From a virus: a stretch of 64,000 bases of DNA. The first letter of the stretch is position 1. Each line of letters begins with the position of its first letter. Under the pieces are notes generated by a model. That model ran no database searches and was not told the origin of the DNA. It was given only the letters and a program-made list of their open reading frames with translations. The DNA lies in the IMG/VR virus record IMGVR_UViG_3300025108_004499; one strand, written 5' to 3'. Made by a program: the position numbers and the translations under genes. Below are positions 20,522 through 30,400 of this stretch, one piece after another.

Positions 20522-22093
20522 CTATATTCCCCTGTTACTGTATTTACCTGATATAGATGATGAGTAAGGTATACGCTTATTGTATCTAGATACCATTACT
20601 CTGCGTGGGCCACCCATAGCATCATCTGTGTCACCATATCCTGTAAGTGTTCCTGCTTCTAAAGTTTCACTTGAATCTTTGTGCATCATATCTTTTAGTT
20701 GTGCTGGTGTAAGCATAGGATTTGCTTGTAGGTATAATGCTCCTACACCACATGCTTGCGGACTAGCCATACTAGTACCACTAATGTTACACTGTCTAAA
20801 GCCACCACCATCATAATATGCGGCATCTCCAAATTTATTTGTAGTACTTGTACAACTAACAATATTATGTCCTGCGGCGTATATATCAACACCTGGTCCT
20901 GTTGTACTAAATCCTACTTTATTATCTTGTGTGTTTGACTGAGCATTTAGGCATCCAACCATAAACGCATTTACGCTATACGGAGAACTGCCTCGGTGAT
21001 AGTAATTACTACCGCCTCCACCGAAAAGTATATTATTATAATCATCTCCGCCATCTACATCTACTTTAAAACTATTATTACCTGCGGCAATACATACATG
21101 TACACCTTCATCAATTAATTCTTCTACATCTGCATCAACTGATGCTATTCGTACTGGAGCTCTATATCCACTAAAAGTATTGTATGGATAAAGTCCGTAA
21201 GTATCTCTTAGATGTGTTCTTGAAGAAAAACTAGGATCATTACTACTACTATATGTTGTACCTCGATATACAATACTTGTAGCAGTTCCGTATCCCGAAC
21301 TGTAGCCCCAACTCATGTTTACTATAGTTGGACGTTTACGTCCTGTAGTTGGATCAATTGGTTTATTTCTGTGCCATAATTTTATAACATCAAAACAATT
21401 ACTAATACTAATACCACTACCACTATCGCCTGTGCCTTCTAGTCCGCTAACTTTAACACTATACACTCTTGCATTTTTAGCCCAACCAAAATGTTTACCT
21501 GCGGCTGTACCTGCAACGTGTGTTCCATGTCCGTCATAGTCTCTATAATGATTAGAACTTTGCGATCCGCTTAATCCACTTTCAGTATACCAATTAATCT
21601 GTTGTACTCTTGATACTCCGTTAGCATCTTGGAATTCTGGATGATCAACTTGTAGGCCGCTGTCTTGTATAACAACATCTACACCTGTACCATCTAACGC
21701 ATAATTATATGAGCTATCTAAGTTTGTTGACCAAGTTGTATCTTCAGTAACTACACTGTGGCGTCTTTTACCCCAGTCGATATTTTTACTGCTAAGTTCT
21801 GAAGTTCCTTTATAAAAGTTACCTTGATATGTTGTTGTTAAACCAATTTCTAAGTTTTCATCTTGATCCGGTGGAATAGCAACATCAACAACTCTATCGT
21901 CTTTTCTAAGTTCTGTTGCTTCTTCATATGTAAGAGCATAATGTGTATTGCGTTGAGATCCAGGTCTTGCATCCGCGACTGTTGCTGATCTACTTGGAAT
22001 ATTACCAGCGCCAGTTTCTTCAATCATTTCTTGATTAAATGATTCGTAGTCTACACCTTTTTTTAGTGTAACGATATATTCTCGTTCGCTCAT
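20522..22093 (-). CDS. Subtilisin-like S8 serine protease with propeptide
   Basis: Triad motifs DSG, HGTHVAG and SGTSMASP; oxyanion AAGN; N-terminal YIVTLK propeptide. Confidence 0.92.
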   Translation of the reverse strand: MSEREYIVTLKKGVDYESFNQEMIEETGAGNIPSRSATVADARPGSQRNTHYALTYEEATELRKDDRVVDVAIPPDQDENLEIGLTTTYQGNFYKGTSELSSKNIDWGKRRHSVVTEDTTWSTNLDSSYNYALDGTGVDVVIQDSGLQVDHPEFQDANGVSRVQQINWYTESGLSGSQSSNHYRDYDGHGTHVAGTAAGKHFGWAKNARVYSVKVSGLEGTGDSGSGISISNCFDVIKLWHRNKPIDPTTGRKRPTIVNMSWGYSSGYGTATSIVYRGTTYSSSNDPSFSSRTHLRDTYGLYPYNTFSGYRAPVRIASVDADVEELIDEGVHVCIAAGNNSFKVDVDGGDDYNNILFGGGGSNYYHRGSSPYSVNAFMVGCLNAQSNTQDNKVGFSTTGPGVDIYAAGHNIVSCTSTTNKFGDAAYYDGGGFRQCNISGTSMASPQACGVGALYLQANPMLTPAQLKDMMHKDSSETLEAGTLTGYGDTDDAMGGPRRVMVSRYNKRIPYSSSISGKYSNRGI

Positions 22094-22101
22094 TTAAACT
22101 C

Positions 22102-24015
22102 CTAGTGTAAATCGACCCAAGCACCATTAGCATAGCCTTGGAATTTATTTGTAGTAGTATTGTAGATCATGTCACCATTAGTTGCTGTTAAATTATTACG
22201 ATCATTAGTTGTAAAACTTGCTAAGTTAATAGGACTTTGTGTAACTGTAACTCTATCCGAAGCTGATAAATTAATACTAGACGCACTTTCAATAGTTGGC
22301 ACACCTGTACCTGTACTAACAATACTATCTGCTGTAATACTACCTTGTACTACTAAGTCGTTCTGTACTGTAAGATCACTGCTTGTTGTTACTGCTGGAG
22401 TAATTGTAATACCACTTGAATCGTCTGTGTCAATAATACCAGAACTAAATGTAAAGTTACCAACTGACTCACCGCCAGCGGCGTTAGTCCAAATGCCACC
22501 TACATATTTTATAACTTGGCTTTCTTGTGGACTGTTGATACTTACATCTGATAGTGTAGTAATACTAGTTGTTGATAGGTTTGCTAGATATCCTGCACCG
22601 TTTGTAAGTTGATTATTATTTGTTGGAATAGTAGGCTTGTTAGTAATTGTACTACCTGTGTAATCAATACTAACACTTGTTAATGAACTAAACGGAATGT
22701 TTGTTAAGTTAGCACCGCTTCCATGAAAGTTAGTTGCATATACATTAGAATAAACATTGTTACTTGCACCTAAGTTATATGTTGCAGTAGTGTAAGGTGT
22801 TACATTACCAAAACTAACACTGTCACTTACTTCTGACCCGCCTGCTAGTATTTGGCTAAGTGTTATTCCTGTTAGGCTTGCACCACTACCAATAAACGAA
22901 GTAGCATTTACATCGCCTGCTACTGTAAGTTTGTGTGATGGATTACTATCAAATATACCAACACGCTTTGTACCTGTGTCAATTTTTATTGCTGTTTCAA
23001 CACCTGTTATTGGTTTTACTTTAATATCTAAATCTTGTTCATCTACTGTGCTTTCAATAATTACAGCATTGTCTACACGTAACTTAATATTATTATTCGT
23101 ACCAACTGTAATTCCTGCATCACTATTAAATGTTACACTACCGTTTTGTGTATAACTTTGGTTTGCACTAATAGAATCAGTAATTCCGTAACCTGATAGT
23201 GTAGTTGGTAATCCAACTATTGAAGTAAAGTTACCGTCAAACAAAGTAGGTCTATTGGTTAAGTTATTATAATCTAAAAAGTAAGGACTATCAAATCCAT
23301 CAAGTGTATCAGCGTTTAGTCCGCCACCACCTGATGTTGCATCATTTGCAGGAGCCCATTTAAGTCCGTCCCACTTTAATACTTGTCCTGGAGTTGGTGG
23401 TGTACCTTGTGTATCAACATCTGATAAATCACTAATGTCGTTGACTAAGTCTGGTTTGTTAGCTAAGTTATTGTAACTGCCAGTTGTTGCTACTGCGGCT
23501 AAACTAGGTGTACCAACAATTTCACTATAGTTAATAAAACTGTTTACCCATGCTCCATTATTATCTTGGCCTGCTGTTGTGTTCCATTTTAATACGTTAC
23601 TTGATGCTAGTCCTGTTAGGTCAGTAACAAGTCCACTACCTCCGGCGCCACCGCCGCCACCACCTGTTGCGGCAATAGTAATAGTTCCGTTTAAGTCATC
23701 GTATGTAATATCAATTCCGCTACCTTCTCTAAGGATAGCATTTACTCTGTCATCAACTCTTTCGTTTGTAAAGTATTGATTAGTACCTTCTGTTAATTCT
23801 GTTGTAGTTGCGGCTACAGTAGGTTTATCTGCTAAGTCATTCCAACTGCCACTAAATGGATTATAGTTAACTCCAGCAAGTGTAAGTCCTGTTGCAGAAA
23901 TCATTCCTGCTCCAGTAATACCTGATCCTGTTAAGTCTAAATTATCACCTATTGGCAATTCTTTAAGTTTGTTGCTATCGTCTCTGTCAACTATGAGTGG
24001 TATTCTATTTGCCAT
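22102..24015 (-). CDS. Tail fibre protein
   Basis: G/S/T-rich with repeated SYNDL.NKP, LSDV, VLKW and G.GA.LT.I motifs. Confidence 0.8.
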   Translation of the reverse strand: MANRIPLIVDRDDSNKLKELPIGDNLDLTGSGITGAGMISATGLTLAGVNYNPFSGSWNDLADKPTVAATTTELTEGTNQYFTNERVDDRVNAILREGSGIDITYDDLNGTITIAATGGGGGGAGGSGLVTDLTGLASSNVLKWNTTAGQDNNGAWVNSFINYSEIVGTPSLAAVATTGSYNNLANKPDLVNDISDLSDVDTQGTPPTPGQVLKWDGLKWAPANDATSGGGGLNADTLDGFDSPYFLDYNNLTNRPTLFDGNFTSIVGLPTTLSGYGITDSISANQSYTQNGSVTFNSDAGITVGTNNNIKLRVDNAVIIESTVDEQDLDIKVKPITGVETAIKIDTGTKRVGIFDSNPSHKLTVAGDVNATSFIGSGASLTGITLSQILAGGSEVSDSVSFGNVTPYTTATYNLGASNNVYSNVYATNFHGSGANLTNIPFSSLTSVSIDYTGSTITNKPTIPTNNNQLTNGAGYLANLSTTSITTLSDVSINSPQESQVIKYVGGIWTNAAGGESVGNFTFSSGIIDTDDSSGITITPAVTTSSDLTVQNDLVVQGSITADSIVSTGTGVPTIESASSINLSASDRVTVTQSPINLASFTTNDRNNLTATNGDMIYNTTTNKFQGYANGAWVDLH

Positions 24016-24025
24016 ATTCTTTTCC

Positions 24026-24481
24026 TTATAATGCCGCTATTCTAGTTTGGAAGTCTGCAAAGTCAGCACTTGCCGCTACTTCTGCTTTTAATGTTGTTAG
24101 TGTAATTGTCTCTGCTTGTAACGCACTTGCCGCCAATGCACCTTGTGCAGACGTTGCCGCATCTGTGATTCCATAACCTGCTAATGTAGTTGGCTTACTT
24201 GTAAGTGAAGCAAACGTCTGTGCCGGGATAGTTAAGTTTGTTAATGCTGATCCATTTAATGCTGGAAGTGTACCAACTAATACTGCCGCTGTAATTGTTC
24301 CGTTAACAGCATCAACTAGTAACGTACTATCGTCAGCAAATACAGATCCGTTAATATCTCTGTTTTTGTTTGTTACATCTAATTCAGCAAAGTTATCATT
24401 TATCTTTTTAAAAGCTGTTCTTAATGGATCGCCATCACCTTTGTTTACACTAGACCCAATGTTAATTATTTGTATAGCCAT
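24026..24481 (-). CDS. Short fibre/baseplate protein
   Basis: GDGDPLRTAFKKINDNFAEL N-terminus; KPTTLAGYGITDA fibre repeat. Confidence 0.75.
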   Translation of the reverse strand: MAIQIINIGSSVNKGDGDPLRTAFKKINDNFAELDVTNKNRDINGSVFADDSTLLVDAVNGTITAAVLVGTLPALNGSALTNLTIPAQTFASLTSKPTTLAGYGITDAATSAQGALAASALQAETITLTTLKAEVAASADFADFQTRIAAL

Positions 24482-27400
24482 TATACTCTCCCTACCACAA
24501 CTTCAACGAACCCTGGTTCATCTCCGTCTTTAGTTCCAACTGCTTTACCAATAACAGTTCCTACTAGTGGATCGTTCTGTACCATACCATAACCTGGAAT
24601 TGCACTAGATACAATTATGTCACCTTTCTCAACAACACCAATTACTTTACAAGGTACTCTACCCTGTAGTGCTAATGCTGTAACATAGTCTCCATGTAAA
24701 TCACTATTCATTAAATGTGCTGGGTTAGTTGAAACAACGCCAGCAACTTTTCTATCGCCTTTGTACATAGTAGTTGTTATTTCATTCTCGCCGCCGAACA
24801 CTAAAACAGTTCCTGCTTCATACTCTGCATCAGCTAAGTAATTCTCAGCCAAGTCAGCATATTGTGCCGCTGTAGCAGTTCCGTAGAATGTACCAAAACT
24901 TAATGAACCTGTACCTATATCGTATCCGCCGTTAGTTGCAGGAGTCATAGCCGCTTGTTTAAATACTACTGCCGCTGTATTATTGTTAGCAACAATAGCA
25001 ACTTCACCTGCACTACTAAATCCTGTACCAGCACCTATACCAATACCTGTACTTGATGTACTCTTTTCTCCTGGTGCTTCAATAAATGAACTATACATCC
25101 AGTCTGACGCAATACGTGAACTATTTTGTGTAGCATCACTTGGATCACCGTAACTACTGTTCTGTTGGAAGAACGAGGCTGTAACACTTGTACTACCTAT
25201 TTGTAATGAACCTGGTAATGTTGTAGTAGTGTTACTTGGAACTGTACCAACTGTATCAAACACTGTTGCACCACCCGGTGTTTTCATTGTCATTGTTAAG
25301 TTAGTTTGATCTAAGATATCATAGTTATCTAATTTAAATTTCTGTCCATCAATACTTCCATCTGCACCTGTTTTAACAATTCTATCAGCAACACCTGTTG
25401 TAGTAAATGAACCACCAGTTTCAACAATGTCTGCAAATGTTACTGCACTTGCATCACCTGTGCCTGTAGCACTTCTAGCAAATACTGTGTTTTGTGCAAT
25501 GTCTGGTAAGTCAGCAAAGTCAACACTACTTGCTTTTAGTGTTACCCAACCATCTGTTACTGTAAAGTCATCTGCATCAAATGCTGAAAGTCCTAAATCT
25601 GATTGTGCAATACCTGTTGCGTCAGCTCTTGTAGTTGCGGCTTGCATTGCAAGTTTACTTTGTAGTATTCCTGCTGTAGGACTTACATCACCATTTACAA
25701 TTACTTCTGAACTAATTGCCGCTGTTGCAACATTACTACCGTTACTTGTAAACACAACATCACCTGTAACAGTATGATTATCATAAAGTCCTCCATGGAA
25801 CATTAAGATATCATTGTTTACTCTGTTACCAATGTCTGCACCAATTGCTTCTGTATCAAATGGTGTTCTAGCATCCACATATGATTTTGTAGTTACATCT
25901 TGTGGGTTAGTTGGATCACTGTGGTTATAAATTTTATTACTACCAGCGTTGATATCACCTGTAATACTTGTAGTACCATCTCTAGCAATAGCACCTGGAC
26001 CAATAGTACCAGTTGCAATAATTACACCGTCTCTATCAAAGTGTAATCTCTTTTCAATAAATTTCTCTGTAGCAAATTCTGTAGGTACTGCCGCCGGATC
26101 ACCATCTGCCATAGTATCATCATTACTAAATTCTTGAATTCTAACACCTTGTCTAAATCCTAATCCGTCTAAGTTACTAATAGCAATTGAAGCCGCAAAT
26201 GTAACTGTACCTGTTCCTTGGTCTACACTAAAGAACTTACCAACACGGAAGAATCCATCTTGGTCTGTACTTGCAAAGAACACTCTACCTTTACCACGTT
26301 CGTTAACTTCTGCATCTTGGTTTGCACTTATAGTTGGCTCACCGTAAATAATACTTGGATAGTTAGTAGTATTAAATCCACCAGTACCAATTTTATCAAA
26401 GTCATGTCCGTTAGCTCTTAGTGTTGAAATACCAACTGTAATTGTACCAGCTTCGTTGTCTTGTAATGATAATGGAATAGTTCTTGTTGCCGCAGGACTA
26501 AATCTTACATCTGCCGCAATACCTGAACCAGTATATAGTCCATTGTTACTGTTAATGTTTGAAGCCGCTAGATCGTTAAGTTCAACAGTAGCATAGGAGC
26601 CTCTGTCAGTGTAGTTTGCAACAATATGAGTCTTACCTGCAAAACTAAAGAGCATATCATTATTATCAATACGAGCTTGTTGTGTTGATGTTAGTTTTTC
26701 AATAGCAAGTACTACGTCACCTGCTGTAGCACCCATTGTAGTACCAGTGCCTGCATATGTATTCAATGCCGCTTCTGTATTTCTAAGTGTTAAGTTTAAG
26801 TGACTAAATGCTGAGTCCATTACAACTTGGAATCTATCACTTGCTAATGAAGTACCATCTGCGTCTTGATTGTTGAAACTAATTGTTCTATAAACCTGAC
26901 TTGGATTTTCAGCATATATTAATGCTGTTGAAGGCCTTGTTGCTGTAACACCACTCAAGTCATCTAACAAGTGGTTCTTGTTCATTCTAATTACTGCGTA
27001 TGCACTTGTGTCATTTGATGCTGTAGGATTGTGTGCGCCTGTAATTGCTGTTTCTAATCCAGTACTACCTGAAACACTTAATCTATATATAGGTCTATTT
27101 GCGCCTTTACGTCCTGTAGGACCAGTAGCACCTGTATAGCCTCCAATGTTACTTGTTGGTACTGTAACAATACTTGTAGCTGTTACTTCGTATGTAGTTA
27201 CACCTGTTGTTGTATAAATGTCAACTAAACTATTTGGATACGGCATGTAATCACAGTCATATACAAATATACTAAATGATCCTGCTGTGTGTGCAAATGT
27301 GCCAAAGCCATAAACGTTTGTTTCGTCATTGAAAACCTTAGCAGGCTGTTGCATGTTTCTTAATGTTGTAATTGTATCAACAGTTTCGTTTGGATCTGAT

Positions 27401-30400
27401 CCTGCCGCAACTAAACCAAAGTTACCATTTGCGTTAGAACAGTTAAGGGCTCTAATCTCTGAACCGTTGTTACTAAAGAACGCTGTGTGGTTGTAGTAAG
27501 TAAATGTCGAAACTTGCTCTGAAAGTGCCGCGTTGTTACAGAACAATCCGTAACCTAAATCGTTAACCTGAGTATAGTCGTTTGCCAACATACTTCTGTT
27601 ACCAGCAGTTTGAACATATATCTGTTGTGGGAATGTAGTATCAGTATAACCATTACCTTCGTTTGAAAGTTTGTTAATTAATAGTTTTGCTGTACCTGTT
27701 CCGCCATCGTATTCTGAAACAGCATCAACTTGATAACGTACACCGTTAATAAAGAACGGAGCAGGTGTCTGTGGTTTTCTAATTCTTAAACCTGTGCCTG
27801 CATCTGATTGTACATTAAGTGTATAGTTGTCGTCTTTGCTTGTAATCTTAGTTTCTAAGTTACCTGAGAAACCGTCAATATACATACCACCTCTAAAGGC
27901 TTGCTTGTTAACACTGCCTGAGAAACTACCACAAACCTGTGTGTATGGTGATTTAACTAATACTTGTCCTGCTGGATCTAGTACCTGTGCAAATCCTCCA
28001 TGTCCTTGGAATGACATATTTGCTAGTCTAGTAGCATCGTTCATTAAGAACACATCCATTTGGTTGTTTAGTTTAGGTGTACTTGCAGAATTACTTGGAT
28101 CAGTTAAGTAGTGATAACCATAATTTACTGTTTGTTTAATATGCCATTCACCACTTGAAATACCACTTAGGTTTGGTAGTATATCAGTAGTTAGTGTAAC
28201 GTCAAAATCACTTCCGCCATCAGCATTACTAATAAGTCCAACAGCACCACTGTCTGTATAGAACCAAGCACCATCCCATGATGTAGGTGCAATATTATCT
28301 GCTGGTGTTACAGTAATAACGCCGCCTGCTTGATTACTACCTGATATTGTAATTGCTTGTGGTGTCGCTAAGTCTGCACCTGTGTAGTCTGTAATTTTAA
28401 GATTGTCTAGTAACTTGTCTCTGTAGAAATAAGTGTTAACCCAAGGTGATTGTGAAATTCTTGGAGCTGGTCTAATTTGACAACGTCTAAAGTCTGAACC
28501 TTTAATTGAAACGTTAGCAGGGACTTTCAATGGATAATCTTCGTAGTAAATACCTGTTTCAACGTGTACAGTAATTTGTTTTTCTTTAGTTCCATTACCG
28601 TATTCTAATTCTTCACCAATTCTAAAATCTCTTGGTTCAACTAGTACAACTTCACATCTATCATATGCTACGCCGCCTAAGTCTATGCCGCTTGTATATT
28701 TTACAATACGTCCTCTAGCACCTGATGTCTTACCAACAATAATTTTACCTGGAAGTATATCAACGTTAGTATTAATACCTTGGTCAGTACTGTCGTTACC
28801 TGCTCCGTTACCAAAGTCAATTGTGTATGTACTACCTTCAACTAGTGTGTAATTATTTCTTGCTTGGAATCCGTTTTCTAAAATATCAAGTATAATATCA
28901 AATTTAGCATTAAGAGCATCTTTAACTTGTGTGCTTACATCATTAATATTAGAATCAAACCATTGCGGAATAAGAGTTGTATAATCTGTAGGATAAAGTT
29001 TAGTACCTTCATAACCTGTACATTCAAATGTAATTGCATCAAGTACTACAACATCTCCTGCACCTAACCCGTGTGCAGATGTAGTTGTAATAATACCTTT
29101 ACCAGTTACATTGTCATAATTAAATCCGCTAATGTTATATGTATTACCGCCAAATGTAACTGTACCACCACTTATATATGTGTGTACTACTGTAGACGTA
29201 CCTACATCTACTTGGAATATGTTTGTTGCTAAATTATCTGATTCAACTGCAAATCGTTTACTCTGTGTTAACAAATCAATATTTTGTACTACACTATTAA
29301 CAATAGCCTTAGCCTTTGTCATAGCCGCTCTAGTTTCTTGTCCTTGACTAATACGTGCTCTAGCACCTGAACTTGTACTAAAGTAACGTGTAGCCGCTTG
29401 TATAGCGTTGTAGTTACTGTTTGTACCATTACCAATATCAATAATCATTCCATCGATAATAAGCCCAACGTCACGTTCACAAGTGTTGTCAACTATAGCT
29501 GGTTTCTCTGGTGCTACCAAAGAAGTAAGTCCGTTGGATATTACATCTGTAATAACACTTGTTAGTGTGCTTGCTCTGTTTGCAACATCATTAACACCTG
29601 TACCTGATTCACATGCAAGTGATGTAACAACTTGTGGTAAACTTTCTGGATATACTTTTGCTACTGTAGATCCTTCAAATGTACAAGTAACATTAATACC
29701 TGCTATTGTAACAACATCTGTTGCACTTAGTCCGTGATTACCGACTGTTGTAATACTAGCAATACCTGTTGCTTCATCGTAAGCAAATACACTTACTGGT
29801 AATACTGTAGTATCTGCTTTAGTTACTGTACCGCCGTTTACATAAGTGTTTGCGTAGCTACTTCTACCAATATAGAATTGAAAACTGTTTGCTGATAGGT
29901 TTTGATCATCTACAACAAATGTTCCTTGTTTGGATGCATATGCTGAGTTAGATAATACATTGTTTACAACAAGGTCTCTTGCAAATTCAATTGCCGCATT
30001 TGTTTGTGCTATTTGATCTACTGTACCTAATCCTGCAGATCCAACAGCATTTGTCATACCTGCTAAGTAACTTGAAGCCATTCTACGTGTTTCAATATTA
30101 CCGCCTCTTGATAAGTCATTAATCCATGCATCAACAATATAACCTACGTCACGTTTACATTTCGCACTACTGTAATCAAAGTTGTTCCATATACCAGCAC
30201 CGCCAGCATTTCCAACATTGTGGTTAATCCAGTATGTAACTTCTTCTTGAATAAACTTTTTATTCTGTGCTAGAATTGCTTCTGCATTTGGATTTGAAAC
30301 ACTTGTTGAATTATATGATAGATTTGGAAATGTATCGTTTACATAATCAAGTACTGCTTTTTGAATAAATCTTTTGTTTTCTCTTAGGTAAGTTTGTGCA

